Shown piece by piece: positions 24,364 to 40,000 of a stretch of 64,000 nt of DNA; the stretch's first letter is position 1; each line of letters opens with the position of its first letter. The DNA is from Tubiluchus corallicola (Eukaryota; Animalia; Priapulida), in assembly GCA_030141605.1 (NCBI GenBank), contig JAQGDQ010000374.1, positions 164,219 through 228,218 of the forward strand. The letters run 5' to 3'. Position numbers and translations under genes: made by a program. Below the pieces are notes generated by a model, which saw nothing but the letters and a program-made list of their open reading frames with translations, did not search any database and was not told the origin of the DNA.

Positions 24364-24446
<83 letters not shown>
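24351..24446. repeat. (GAAA)n(GACA)n microsatellite
   Basis: Directly visible. Confidence 0.95.
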
Positions 24447-25315
24447 TGGATATCGTCTTTATTTATAAAATATTTACGTGTAATGTTTGATACAAAGATC
24501 GTAAACGACGTGTCAGTTATTTTTAAAAGAAAAATGCTGTTGACGGTAATAGCGTTATAATTTAAAAAGTAGATATGACAAAAAACTGTAATTACAAATC
24601 GCATGATAAACACATAAAAATGAATAAATGAAAACAAACACACTTATTTAATCACAATAAACATCAGGCACTATTTCTAAACCTACTAACACTAAGAGCT
24701 GTTAAATTAACAACTATAATCTGTTCATGTCTGTAAGGTTATTAACATGACTTCGTCATAATTTGCCTTGTTTGTGTTATTCGAGGAATTTTCTGTAATC
24801 TCAGTCTCAATTTTCGTAGAAAGATGTGCACATAAACAATAACACGGTACATTTATCCTGGATTTATTTTGAAAAAGAAAACAACCCATGATTTCACACC
24901 GTCTAGTCGATTCATCAGTAATTTTTAATGAAACCTCTACTAATTAAATTAACAGGTGTAATGCAAGTTGAGAGTTTGGGAAAAGGTTAATTCATTGTGA
25001 TGTATCATCCAACATTTCTAACCGTCAACATCATTATGATCACATTAATAATGTAAGGGTGGTGCATAATAAAACTGCTCTGGTAGCCTGCCATATTGGA
25101 TTAATTAGTGTTTACGAGTAACTAATGCCCGGTGGGAGTACCTTGAGTAACATCAGCTTTCACAACACTGCGTATAAGCTACGTACTTATCAGCATTTCA
25201 TTCTGAATTTACTTTATAATTTTAGAGGGCGAGCTTGTTGAGCCGAGAGGATTTATTTGCCGTACAGGGTGACAAGAAATAGACTAGGATAATGGCGTGG
25301 CAGTCAACATGTTAA

Positions 25316-25866
25316 ATGAAGACCGGACGATTATTTAGACTCAATCTCATTTTAATTTACTGTCCAGAATATACATTTTCTTGTTCATAAAAGTTAGCCA
25401 TTGTTTCTTATATTCGAATAATTAGATTAGAAAGTTAATTAACGGCAACCGAACACAGCTATTGCTTACGTCACAAACTAACCACAGTTTCTGCAACGGC
25501 AGGCGTCTTCCCTTTTGCACGTCAAGCACATTTGCAAAAGTGTTACAGTACTGTTTAAATGTAAAATGTCACGAAAATGGGCTTTACATCATATGACGTC
25601 AGAAACTAACACGGCAATTCATGATCCTGCTTATCACGGTACCGCCTTCTATTTATCGGCCACCCGCACATGACAAAAATGCACCGCTGCCAATCTTAGT
25701 AGATTCACTAAGCCGCGCGTAGCTTTAAAAGTTTAACGAAATTTGAGTATCCGAGGTAACTATTATTTAATCTAAGCTTTGATTTAAAAAAAATCTATTG
25801 TAGTTCTCAATATTTTAGAGCATTATTTATTCTGAACTCGTGTTTATACAATCATCCGGTTTTCTT
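25316..25866 (+). mobile_element. Kolobok-type non-autonomous DNA transposon
   Basis: TTAA TSDs; colinear with 59347-59894. Confidence 0.9.
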
Positions 25867-26499
25867 TTAACAGTTTTACCCACAAGTAAGAAATCAACAC
25901 ATTTCTTGAGCAAAAAAACGAGTCTGTTTCATACGTGGCCATCAGTGGCGAGAGTAACGGAAATATTAGACATTAAAATAAGTGTCCTTTAGTCAAAGTT
26001 AAAAATCCACTACTTTCGGTTTTTCGTGCAAGCTTACGGGAGTCTGTTTAATTCACACAATAAATTTTGTGCGTAAAGATAACATTCCTTTTAGAATTGA
26101 ATATGTCACTTTTTAGGCGAAATTTTAAAATATTATTCAACAGTCTACGAAATTCAAATTGCATTTTATATTTTTAATTTCAACTTTTTTTGCTGAGTTA
26201 ATAATTCATTTCTCTTGAAGTATCTTATTTTGTCTCTATAGTAGCTAAATCAAAAGTTAAAACGCTTTCGTTTAAATTTTTTGGGAAGAACTATGAATCT
26301 CAAAGTTAAAGATGCACTGAAAAAAACTTTACAGAGGTGATCAATCAGTGTTAGTTAATAAAAACTTACACTGCTAAAGGCAAATGCGTCAGTGCAATCT
26401 AAACTACTGTGCAGTAATGGAAAGTAACGAATAAAATCAAACATATTTACAACTATGCACAAAAAAATGAAAAAAATATGATTTAATTAATATGGCCGT

Positions 26500-26730
26500 G
26501 GATATATAAATTCTGAATTAGTGTGTATGTTGTCGTAGTGGACTAGTGGTGTGATGGTATTTCATATCTGGTTAATAGTAATGATTTTTATTTTGTTTTA
26601 TATGCTAGTAGGGACTTGATTTGTTTAACCTGTAATGGTAGAGAATTCCAAAGTAGAATTGCTTGTTTGATGACAGAGTTCGTTCCATAAAGGGTATTTG
26701 TCCTAATTTGTTTTAGATTACTTGTTCTGC
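26500..26730 (-). mobile_element. L2/Crack-type LINE 3' fragment
   Basis: Translation ...IRTNTLYGTNSVIKQAILLWNSLPLQVKQIKSL... carries the WNSLP motif. Confidence 0.55.
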
Positions 26731-27461
26731 AATCACCAAACCACTGAATATGTTATTGTTTTCCCGCCTTTTCCATTATAATTTTCGTCACTTTTTATTG
26801 GTTTGCATCCTTTTGTTTGAGCAAATATTTGTATTTCTGTAAGGTTGCTGTTTACGTCATTGTTTTACGTGTTTACGTCATTGTTTTACGTGAGTCTTGC
26901 TTCGGCGCCTTGTGATTATAGAAGGCCAGCAGGATTCCCAAGTTGTAGCAGTTTTCGCGTCGCATTTTTTAGAGAGGCCTTGACGTATTGATCCACTAAC
27001 CCCTCCGCTTTTCATCACCCACAGCAAACGAGCCTTTTTATAGGCGCTCAAGACGAATTGATGTCTCTTTAATTGAGCTCCCGTTAGAGTTCTTCACAAA
27101 TGTGGCAAATTACGTATGCTACAGTTATGTGTACAACGTATGCAGTATAAACAGATAAACAGAGAATGAGGCTGCCTTTTAGTTACGGGGCTGTTATTTT
27201 CAGTGTGAATGATTCTACAGAATGTCTAAACTCTATTTGTACGCCTAGGAAGCTTGGAAGCCCATTACCTGATTTTACATCACTGAATGCTTTTACTTAC
27301 GGGATTACGAAGCATGGTTTTATGATTATGGAGAATGTTCAACGTGACATGTGCATGTTCATTCATTAACATGATATAATCTGACTTGTGTCTCGTGAGC
27401 ATATTGATAACTAGTAATAAGTTGAGTAATGTAAAGTGGCCGAGACGAATACATTGATGAA

Positions 27462-27566
27462 ATGTGGAGGTGTTTGGGATACTGCCAGGAGCCAAAGGCC
27501 GAGTTTCCGTCGCTGGATTCCACGTGGGTAGCCTCCACATCCTCCGTAGATGGAAAAGCGGAATCG
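27462..27566 (+). CDS. candidate first coding exon of the PLC-epsilon-like gene
   Basis: ATG MWRCLGYCQEPKAEFPSLDSTWVASTSSVDGKAES|GTAACG, phase 0, with an in-frame stop upstream; fits the next exon. Confidence 0.5.
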
Positions 27567-30500
27567 GTAACGTCATTATTTTTTATAGCTTTTTTATACA
27601 AAATATTGTGACGCAGAGAAACGGGAATTCAACAATTATTTTGGGATTGGCGGCGTCTCTTTATTGTTTATGCATGGCTTCGTGCTAACCCTTTACTACT
27701 CTCTTGTGAATTGACCAGTAATAATTATTTTACTGTAGGCGAATCAAAATTTAGTGGGCCTATTTTCCATTCTATGTGCCATTGATAAAAACATTCTCTT
27801 CCCAAAACCTATGAATACATTCAAGCATTACCTAATAAAACTGTTTCCCATCTCCTCTGTTTCTTCAATGTTTTCATAATATTAAAAAAGGCTTCAAATA
27901 TTATTACGCGTTCGTACGTAGTTAATTAAGTAAATTGAAATGAGTTAACGTTCACATAGTTTAATCTATATAAAGGCAAGTAAATTAAGCAAGGTGACAA
28001 AGTGAGAGTGAATTAATCTACTAGTTTATAAGGTGAATGAAACACAAAACCAAGCTAAACCAAATCAAATCAAGTGATTTGGATATGTGGTAATGATGCA
28101 TTCATGAAGGGACGGAATCAAGACACTTACAAAGCAACAACAACTTTTGTAATTAATGTAATTACGGAAGTAACCTGGGAAGTACGTATTCAATTAATAA
28201 ACTGTTAATTATTACATTAATATTAATGTTAGTTATTGTATTAAATTTTAATTGAGCGATGGATCCTTCGGCAGTGGCACTCGAATAGTGCATATTTAGC
28301 AGGCAGACAGTAACAAAGATAGACTGATTGAGAGACATGCATAGATATACAGATAAACAAAGAGGCACATATACACATAGACAAGCAGATATGCATACAG
28401 ACAAACAGGTAAGTGCAGACAGGCATGTGAATGGAATGATGGACAGGTGGCAAGTCGGTTGAACGGATGGACAGACAGACGAAGTCTAAGTGCTCTGCTG
28501 TTGATTTTCGACAACCAAATGTCTACTTGGCCAACTGAGTGTGACTGAGTCAAATGCAGCACAATCAAAATAATTAATATATATTGCATACATTAAATGC
28601 AAAAATGTTTATACACGTTCACAAAACTTAATAATTAAATGAATAAGAAACGCGTATATAAATAATGACTAAATTTCTTTCACAAATTAATATCAGTAGT
28701 AGCTCAGGTCTGATCTGATTCAGACTTACAAAAGGGCGTCTCTTTGTCACTGAGAGTTCAACTCCCACTTTACCTCCAACTCCCACTCCTGGCCATAAAA
28801 TACATAGTATTCAAGTTACCAAACTTTTTATTTTTGGTCACTTAAATCCCTGCTGTCCACAGTGATGGTCATATAACTGAGGAATATCAGGCTATAAAAA
28901 GCTATAATGAACGCTTGATTAGTCACTAAGCGACTATAAAACTCCTACGGATGTTTGGATGGGGCAAAAAGCTCGAAATTAAATTTATCTTGCTGAAATG
29001 AGTTTACAAAGGGAAGCAATCCGGAAGAGAAGTCTTGCTAAATACCTACAAGTGAGATCAGTGATATGCGGGGAAATGAAAATAAGCCTAGACTAGCTAT
29101 ATTTTGTGCTACGTTACTAGTGCAGTTCGACATGATGACTGATGACTGAGGAAATGGAAAATTACTTGTAGTGAACAGAGTAAACTCATTGTCTGTGCAG
29201 TGTCGCACACTACGTGGAATGCTCGTGCATTTTTGTAGTGAACAGAGTAAACTCATTGTCTGTGCAGTGTCGCACACTACGTGGAATGCTCGTGCATTTT
29301 TGTAGTGAACAGAGTAAACTCATTGTCCTTGCAGTGTCGCACACTACGTGGAATGTTCGTGCATTTTAATTATTATAGCTGGGTGCATGTAGGTAAGTGT
29401 CGCATACCAGTACTACAGTATTAGAACTCAATATCAGGGTTTCAAATGCATATTTCTCATTAAACTAGTTATTATATCGGGTCGCGCGGAAAAAATGTAT
29501 GAAAGTTTAGACTATGATAAAATATTAGAAGCAAGTACCTACAAAGTTGAAATTTCACCGTGTGGTACTACTATAGGTTAGCATTTGGTTGTGCAAGTTG
29601 CAAGTGTATGGTTTTAGTGGTTTTTAAGTTACGACCGATAACCTATTGTTAAATTGAATGCCGGTTAAAACAACGTCAGCTACGTCAACTGAAAAACAGC
29701 CACGTTCAGCTATGTATAAAACTCTCAGTACATGGAGCAAAACAGCATAGGAATCAACCAGTTTACATCACCGTCATCACCAGAAACAAAAATGCACTGA
29801 TTTATATTTGTTGCTAAGAAAAAGGTGAACTTAATCCTCTGTATTACTGTATCTGGAATTACTTTAACGCGAAAGCGTCCAATGGCCGCCGCACAAAGCC
29901 GTTTGGTGCAGAGGAACTAAAGGCAAAAATTGTTGAGTGCTGGAAGCAAATACAGTTTAAGCAAGTGAAAAAACATGTCAGCCGTTGGAGGAATTGCCTT
30001 CGTCTCTAGTTTGTAGTGAAAATGGTGGACACATACAGTACTTGCTGTAAATTTTAGCAACAGTGACACATTAAGTTTCATACGCCATTTATTTTTTGAC
30101 TTGTTTTAAAACTTCTGTATCTTTGACCAAATCTAAGAGACCAACATAAAATTTTTAGTGTTTGTACACAAGTATCTGTAACTTCAGTGTGGCAATTTTC
30201 ACTTGATTCCCTTATTGTCTTCTTACAATATTTTGATCAAAACTTCGGTACATTTTTGAGCCACCAGATGTAATTATATAAAGTCGTCATCACTAATCGC
30301 TTGTAAGATATGTAGCATAAACTAGTTGAACTTAAACTCCATGTTTCCAAACACACGTTGCTTAAATCAGTTTCTGTATAAGCATCTGGGATTTTCCAAT
30401 TGGCTGGGACCACTTCCGTATGCATTTAATAATAACAGACGTGTTCAATAAATCATCCAGATTCTAATAAAATATTACAGTCGGTATATTTGCAGTCGAG

Positions 30501-33500
30501 GCGTAAAAAAAGTAATCATTGCTATTGCTTGCGGTGATTAAAATTAGCCCTTAATGAAGCTGTCTTAGTTTTCAGCTTGAAACAGTTTTGTATATAACAG
30601 CAATAACGCGTTAATATTGTCAATTGTGGAAGCCATTTATCATAGCGCGTAAATAGTGCTTGCCTAGCTGTAGGCGACGGGTTGCGGATCGACTTACATA
30701 TTTCCTGATAACACTATTACCATTTCCGTGTTTCAAAATCCACAAAAATCGCGTTCTCGAAGATACATTGTAGTGTGTCGTGTTTTGGTTGATTAGTTTG
30801 TTTGTTTATTTGTTTGTTTGTTGATTGGTTGGTTGTTCGGTCAATCAGTACGTTGGTTGGTTGATCGATCAGCATGTTGGTTGGTTGGTTGGCTGGTTGT
30901 TCGGTCAATCAGTACGTTGGTTGGTTGGTTGGTTGGCCGGCCGATCAGCACGTTAGCTGATCGTGTGGCTAGATGGTTGTTTAGTTGACTGGTTAATCGG
31001 CTTGTCGGTCGATTGGTTGGCCGAATGATGTGTCAAATGTACCATGCAACTACAAACCATTGAAATTAATATTCGGATCATAATTGTTAAAACAAAATTA
31101 ATGATTATTCAACATGCCTATTAGGTTCATTTCTTCATCTGGGAATTTACAAAAGCATCGGCTGAAAGTGATCCTCCATGTTCACTTGCTTGACATTTCT
31201 GATGCGTCATTGATCTTTGCAAATAGCTGGACGTCAACATGCAGACAGTCTTGATGCTGTTTCAGTTTATGTGAAATTGAAAAACTACCCACTTTTCCTC
31301 CCACGACTAATAAATTTTGCCTGTGTAAATTTAATATTGTTTCATCAAGAAGCCGTTCCGTATTGCGAGAGCAATTCATTTTATTAGTTGCTGTGTTGAT
31401 TATTAATTTCACACAACCCAATTACGTCTGCTGTAGTTCTTGTAGTTGTTCATTAGTTTACCTTAAACGCCGGTGCATCTTTTTAGTAAATACGTGCCTT
31501 GATGTTAAGAAAATTGCATTAAATAAGTGGCTCATTGTAATTACACACCAATACCATTGAAACTATGGAGATGCAGACATGTACCCATAAATCATTACAA
31601 TCATCACCAAGTTACAAAATATTTCGTTCAGTTGCAATTTAGCTAAAATTGTACTATATAACCTATTGCAACTGACCTAATGAAAATATTGCCCCAGTGA
31701 ACGTTTGCCTAGCTGACGCTGACGTGTTTCTGATATTACCGGTTCGACAGCGCTGACCTACCAGAGTTGGAGGTGTGTCAGCGTCCTGACATCACGTTTA
31801 ACTGATCATCTTGTCCCGTTTGTAGATTTGTTTAAAGCTCGTACATACCCCGTACAAATCATACAGTGCACATGACATTTTTGTATACCTTGAAGTACTT
31901 ATACTAACTGCCAGTCAACTGTTTGCTACTTGTTAGTCTGAACGAATAGTTGTCACTCATGACAGAAAATTCCTTCCGACGTGTAAAACGCATGTACTCT
32001 TACAGGATGCCAGTCCAAGCCCAGAAGGACAGCCTGAGAAGAACCAAATACAACGGAAGGGCAGCAGTAAGAGCATTACAAGCCGTTCCCGCTTACGCGG
32101 ACTGTCATCTCGGAAAACGCACTCAAGTTCCGGTACTTCAGGTTGGTTCAAAAATCAAACTATTCTTATGATTTCTACACCAGATAATAGTATGTGACAA
32201 GTTCTTATGTCATAAACTATAAACTACTATAAAATCATTCTCGTCTCCTGCATGAAAACTCAATGTAATAAATGACAAAAATCTTACTGTTCAACAATTA
32301 GATCGGCTCTTTTCGCGTTGACCTGCACTGTCATATTTCCATAAGTGGATAAAGCTTGTTCCTGATGACTTAGCTGTGTTACTGACAAATAGGTTCTTTG
32401 CTGAACCAAAGGGATTAATTGCTAAAAGCACTAGATCATGTTGGAGCAAATCAGACCATTTTGCATCTGATCAGTAGGGGTGAGCATCGAACGTTCGAGT
32501 TCGATTCGAACGAGTTGTTTTAGTTCGAACTCGATTCGAATCCAAAACTATAGATTCGAGTAATTCAGCACTTCAATCACATATGTTCCTGATCATTAAA
32601 ACGATTGAAACATCATGCAATTAGCATAATTTAGCTGTGATTTCGGTGCACAACTTTAAACAAATTACTAGTCGTTTTATTGTAGAACAAAATCTAGTGA
32701 TATGCATGATCTTTGTAAGACTAATTTTTACTGGTGGTTCGAAAACTTGTTCGAAAAACGTTCAATCTCAATTCGAATTCGGTTTCTGGTAGGGAATGCT
32801 CACCCTTACTGATCAGTAAATTAGCAGTCGAATATTCCTTTTATTTTGCTATTAACCAGCTGCATACTTGTTGCTTTGCTGTGGTTGCAGTTCATTGGGA
32901 TAGCACTGTCTACTAGTGACATTATGATAACTACAGCTATTGCTGCAAGCTCACACATGGTGATGACGTACCTTATATAATTGCTGATAAAGTCCAACAG
33001 GTTATTTGACGGAGATTCTACGTTTTAAAAGTAGATTGAAACTAAAATTTCTCTTTCCACCATGGTTTTACAGATGATAGTGGCAAAATTAAGGCTTCTA
33101 GTTGTGCCATGCATTAATATTAATAATTACAATAACTGTTGTTACTCATCAAACAGTGCAGTGCAGTTATTAATGACAATGAGGATTTTTCAGCAAAATA
33201 ATATTATTATTTTAATGTAATTAATGTTAATATTTTTTCTAGTAATGGGTGACAAGCAAGATTTTGATGAGGTGGAATATAGTTTACAGAGTCTAGTGAA
33301 CATGGCTGGTAATCCAGAATGCACCAGCCACATACTTAGTGGTCTCTTCAGTAGCACAGCGTCCATCTTGGAGCTCACATGCCAACTGAATGGAGAAACC
33401 ATTGCTCGCTCTGTCAGCAGTCTGATGAAGCAGCTCATACAGGTAAGCTATCACATAATTAGATTTTGTTGTTATTACGTTATTATGAAAATGCATGTAA

Positions 33501-33860
33501 CACACACATATATTGTCAAGTCAATATAATTTCTGTGTGTGGAAATGCATTAGGGCCTGTTGGTATTGCAAGTGATCAGTTGCAGCCAGGCAGCGGCTAT
33601 TGCATTTATTACATTGGAATCATTACCTTTGTGCAATCCTGTTGTTGCCGACAGTGCTGCATTAATTATAGATATTGCAAATTTATTATTGATGATCATT
33701 TTTAAAAACTGATGCTCGAGTTGGCCTACCATTATAATGACATTATTTTAATTAGCACCTGAGCATTTCACCATTTTCTTTTTTTTTCTTAAACCCCTGC
33801 CCATTTTAGTGCCTGCTGGATAATAATAATAATAATAATAGTAGTAGTAGTAGTGGTAGT

Positions 33861-33915
<55 letters not shown>

Positions 33916-33982
33916 TGGTAGTGGTAGTGGTAGTGGTAGTGGTAGTGGTAGTGGTAGCGGTAGCAGCAGTGGTAGTGGTAAC

Positions 33983-34055
<73 letters not shown>

Positions 34056-37000
34056 GGATTTTAGTAATGCTGTTCTACGCTTTGCTAAGTCGTAGAAACG
34101 CGCGGCCAACAGTCAAGCACAGTAGTTCTGGCAGTCCGTGAAAGTCAGCTTTGGAAGCCAAAGATTACTGTCATTGACTTAAAGCGCTACTTCCAAAGAA
34201 AATTGTTTGCGTGTTTTGACAACTGAAATAACTTTAATGAAAACTATTGCTAAGTTACTATGTTATATAAATTGTACTCACCCAGAAGAGCAAATTACCC
34301 TTCAGGCCAAAAAATTATGCGTTCGTAATTTCTGACGGTATATAGGTAACTGATTGATAAACTTGAATATCTAACTATATATATAAATTATAATAAGTAG
34401 TTTCACTTTTGATGTAGCTACGGCAGTGAAAACTTCTTCAGAAATGCGAATATCTCCCACATTGTTAGTGCTGTCCATATTACCCATAACACAAACATCG
34501 GCTCGTATGGTGATTCTGCATCTCAGTTTTTCTCTTTATTGCCTCATAGGTATGAGGTAATCAATTAATTTATCAATCTTGCATACCAGAGCTACATTGC
34601 AGCTCTGCCCACAGGCAAGTCTTGTTATGCAAAATGATTTTAAATGAAATTTTGGTATTCGTCATGATACCATTATGAATCATCGGTCAAATTTTAGATT
34701 AGGTACCACAATAAAGATGGATATTCCAACTTTTGTCTGACATGACAGCTATATTACTTGGTTTCCTAATTAAATAATTTTGTAAAACAATGAACACAAG
34801 GAGCTCAATAGAGAGATCTATAGTAGGATCCTGAATGCTAATATTATTTTCTGTGCTACATAGAATATGTCTTAGATGATAACAAATTGTTGGATTTTGT
34901 TAATTTTAGTCAACTCCTTTAAATTTTATATCAGTTTGTACATGTATTCTTATTTGTAAAGCTTGAGTTGCACAAGAAACAGAGGTGCTATGCACGATTC
35001 ATTTTAACTGTGTAGATGAGTTACAAAAAGTCATTCTGTTTCATCGTAATTAAATCCCAGATTTTATGTAATTATGTTTGGTGTGACTAATTCAAATAAA
35101 ACTTAGTTAAAACTTATGTTTGTGAGCTATATATATTAATGTATTGATCAAACAATATAATATATTATTAAACTAAATACTAAATTTGATAATTAAGCAT
35201 TTTTTAAAATTTATCCTGAAAATTTTATAGTACTTTTTTGCATAAATTTTATGTACTTTTAAAGAAAAATTTCTGGATTTACCCTAAACAAAGACTGATC
35301 CCCAATAATTGTCAATTGGTTGTGTAAGCCGGGAAAGTGTGTAAAGTTCATCTTATTGAATTTTGAATTTTTGCATTTGCGTTTGTTGTATGCTATTTCA
35401 AAGTCAAAATTGATGAATCATTTCACTTGTTCGACCTTTACTGCAGCCGCAATATGTGAGTAATGGTGCAAGTCTTCAGTAAGCACAAGATACTGCAGTT
35501 GTGAGCTGGGACATAGTTTCAGTATTACTTAGTGCAAATCTTCTTTCTGCTTAAGACCAATCACATCTTATGGAGAACTTACTTAAGTAGTTAAAGTTAG
35601 ATAAGTTCTGCACCAGCTTCAGAAACGAAAGTAAAAAATTGGATGTTATTAAATATCTATTTTGTGCCAGAACTTAACACAGTGATTGTGTTACATTCCG
35701 TTTATGATGATGGTAAGGAGGGTATGCAATGCATAATTGTTCATTTAGGGCTCATGATGTTAATGCAAATGTATTGTACCTAAAATTCTAATTGATTTAC
35801 GCATTATTATTAATTGAAAAAACAGGCATTTAATTAATCCCCTTCTTAGGGATTGAACCCATGGATTCGGAAGACATTGATTTAATTTTGGGGCTAGAGA
35901 ATTTCAAATGATAATTTTTCTCATTTTTGTTACTTAAAATTTGCAAGTGTCCATGAATCTTCTTTGATCTAAAACACCAAAGATTTAAAGTCTAACAGAG
36001 TAGCATAAAGCCTAAAAAAGTAACAACGATTGACATACATATTTTTCATCAAAAATAGGAACTTAAACTCTAGGCATATAGAATTTTCACAAAAAAAAAT
36101 CTGAAAAAAATTGCTGATAGGTAATTTGAGTTGTAAGCATACATGTCATTTGATGTAATTTAATAGTATAACCCATGATTGACTCACTACATAGTCCAGT
36201 AATGTGCTCCATTTTATGCAGAATGCCAAAATTACTACTCAGTCACAGTACATTTTTTTCATGTTTTAGACTGCATATGAAAACTTTCTGAAAAATCCTG
36301 CATCACGTGAAAAGCAAATTGAAATGAGCGGTCACTTGGCACAGTTGCTTCAGATCTCGTTAAAGGTTTTAGTGACCGGAGGGCAGCACCTGCAGTTCAC
36401 AGCACTCGTGACCATGAACAAGATCATCGACATCTGCGTACTTCATCAGATTGGTCATCTTAGACGAGACAAGGACGACTTGGAGAGAATTGGGTCAGAG
36501 AAAAGATCAGAGGCCGCTAGTCAGGGTTTGTGTCCTATTTTCTTCTAAAATATGAACGTGTATTCTGTGCGACACCATCACTATAATTATAATTAGGTGG
36601 ATTATTCTTATCCCTGCACGTTGCATGTATCATATGAAGATTTATTGCAGGGATGTTGTCGAAATGGAAATTGTATTATACAATAATTAACCTTCTCTCG
36701 TCACAAATATTTCTGTTATTATCTTCTTCAGTTTTGCTTGTAAGTCGCCATGTCAAATCATATCAGATTACTGACTAATTCAGATTAAATTAATCCTAAT
36801 TTTTTAATACTAATAATCATTGTCTTACTACATTAATATAATAATTATAGTTATATCATTTTTCTACAGGCCCCGTGAACTAATTATGCCATCGAATATC
36901 TAAGCGGAGTGTGTAAATGACCACTTGGTCCTACACTCCCCTCACACAAACCAAATTTGACCAGTGATAATATTATTTTTGTATGTGTGTTCTGTTATAT

Positions 37001-40000
37001 GTGTGAAATAAAATGTCATAGTTCGTAGTTCATGGTTTGCCGATAATTGTATTTTCGGTTCAGTTTTGTTTTCATTAAAAATTAAGTTTCGTAGCCAAAA
37101 CTTTCGGTAATTTTTGGTAGCATTTTTCCGAGGTTTTAGTAGTATTTATTCAGCTTACGTTTTTTTCTCCTAGATGTTAAAAATCGCTGAAAAATTTTCT
37201 CTAAAATGATCCAAATAAAGCGTAAATATCGTTTATTTAACTTTTTGTATCATTTGTAGCAATACGGCATATCTTCAGTGCTGACGACTATGAAGCTTTA
37301 AGGTCTCCAGGCACAATCAACCGAAATTTCTAAACATAATTTGAATGAAACCAAGTTTAACTTTATAATTTATGAAATATAGACAACATAATATTTACAA
37401 AATAAAATTCTTTTATGCTTCCTGATCTTTAACCATAAACATGTTAGGTTTGGTTAGGAGGTTTTACAAATATAACCAAACAAACAAAAACAAAGTGTTT
37501 TATTTATTTCAGAGTTTTTTCAGTTTTGTTAGTAGTTTGGCCTTGCAAAAATGATTTCGGTTCGGTTTCCCTTTGTAATTTCTGTTGTGATAACATCCCT
37601 GATTTGTTGAAGCTTTTCAGCTGCGGCACTTCAAAGTCAGGTCAACTCATTAATTATCATTTGTACAGATAAAGTCTACTGAGAATTCGAGGTCTGTTAA
37701 AACTGGAAATGTTATTTTTTATAATCACATAATTATGTAGGATCACAAATAATGAAACAATGTATAAGATTAATGGAATAAATCCAAACTTATTGAATTT
37801 GTGAAATCAGACATGATGAAAAGAAAGGAAATTTGAAGCAATTGTGAAGGAACGTGAACTTGAACCTGGGACGTTTTTAGGGCGCAGTGCCTTATAATCT
37901 AAAAGCACATGGTTCAAATTCAATCAGGCTCAGTCATGACTTCATCGTCTTCTTCCTGTCAGTCGGTTTTAGCTTCAAAATTTTAACAATTGTGCCTTCG
38001 ATCCATCATTAACCGACAACTTTAAATTCAAGATTATGAAAGTTAATTAATAACGTTTCTCTACAAAAGAATAGACAATAGATCAAGTCGCTCATGGGGC
38101 AATATGGGTTGCCCCTAAACAAATAAAAAATTTAGGTTTAGCTCACACTACACGAACTGCATTATTAATGGTCTTTCTTGTTTTAGTCCATTTGTTCATA
38201 ACATTTGTTTTAAATGCTTTCTGGAAGCCACAGTTTCTGAATTTCTCATTCTGGTGCAAATGCAGTAATAACATCAGTCTACAGTAGGTAGCTGATGTCA
38301 TAAAACAAGTTTATAGTTTACGGTGTTTCATTAAAGTTTTCATTTCGTTTAGCTTATAGATATTGAATATTGATATTGAATTTCTCAATGATTTGATATA
38401 GTTATAATCTGTTCATGAGTTTTCTCCTTCGGATGCTTGCAGCATATTTTGCATTTTGCACTCTCAGTCAAGATTCTCTAATTGATTTGTGATTATCGAT
38501 TTTGTGCAGGAACAAAATGGTGGCGTGGCCCGAGTCCTAGCGCTGCTCGTTCACTCCGCAGCAGCATTCGACGAAAAGACAAAGAGAAAAGTCCTGCAAA
38601 CCTTACCGCTCCCGAGCAGGACACTCCAAAAAAAGTGTCTGCTGGCGATGCCACGACTTTAGTTGATTGCTTTTCTCCATACGAGATTATTTCTGACATT
38701 GGTAAGTATCCGTGTTACATTCTTAATAGGATTTTATGACTCGAACGTAAATCTTAGATTCGAATTCCTAGTACGTTGAGAATATTATACTTCACCTGCT
38801 GTTGTTTCAATCCTCCTGCACTTCAGTCTTGTATTCCAGCTTTGCAGGCTGCTTTGCAGACTGTGGACCCCATCTTGCCAAAAAATCGTTACCCCGACTG
38901 CAACTCCAGACAATTATACACCCAGTGTTTTTAAGCTGTGCATTAATGACAAGACATTTATTTAAGAAGTTAGAGAAAACCTCTTTACCAAGATTACTTG
39001 ATGATATGATGAGGAAAGTAATGTGGATTTTTGGCTGTATGGAAATTACTATTATGAGTGTAGGTTCGGCAGCGACTTGACCAAATCTGAACCTTGATCC
39101 AAGTCTTGTAATCAAATGAATCACGCCATCTACAGGTTGTGACACAAAGTCTTGTAATCAAATGAATCACGCCATCTACAGGTTGTGTTGTGACACAATG
39201 TTTTTTCATAGAGTTATTAGCCTTTATAACCCGCCATCAGACATTGAAGTTTTTTATCTCATTATTATGATTACACAAAGAATTCATTGTCATTATTAAA
39301 CAAAAGAAAGTTATAAATTAAATAACTTAATTTTTTCTCTCAAACTTCAAGCGTGTGCATTGGCGTAAAGAATGTCACGTTTAGCGTATTTGGCGTGATT
39401 GGGAGGTACGAGGTACAGAAAGCATCTTTGTTTACCGATATTTGTTTACTGATCGTCGGTGACATCGTGACTGTACTCATAACGTCATTCTCTCGCAAAG
39501 AAAAATGGCGGTTCTTCAAATTTAATACCGCTACCAACAAAGTGATAAAGAAACAAGTTTTACAATAAGTTTATAATAAAATAAATGGAACATTCGTGAT
39601 AAGAGTATGATTTTAAGTTGTAACAGCTTATATTATGGTGAGGGTTTAACTTAAGTTTAATGCTTAGCTAAATGCAATTACAAGGAATTTTGGGATTGTT
39701 TGTTTTTCTTGCTCAGATCCGGCATCAATTCTTACGATAATGCATAATGCTATAACTCTTCACAAGCGAGTTGTAGGAACCAGAGTATACTGTACACCAA
39801 GTCAAAGGTAAGCACCAATTTTTTATTTATTGTTATTTACTTTGTTTAAAATCACTAAGGAAGACCCTGCATTTCTATTTCCATAAAGTTCACTTGAAGC
39901 TTTTATAGAATTAACAGTGATTAAGCCTACATGATCTGCAGGTCGTCTAGACATGATCTGCAGGTCGGCTAGACATGATCTGCAGGTCGGCTAGACATGA

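Noticed and set aside
31950-32171. ORF MSLMTENSFRR... as the first exon
   Set aside because: Its phase at the donor (0) does not fit the phase-1 acceptor at 33243; the DASPSP frame does.
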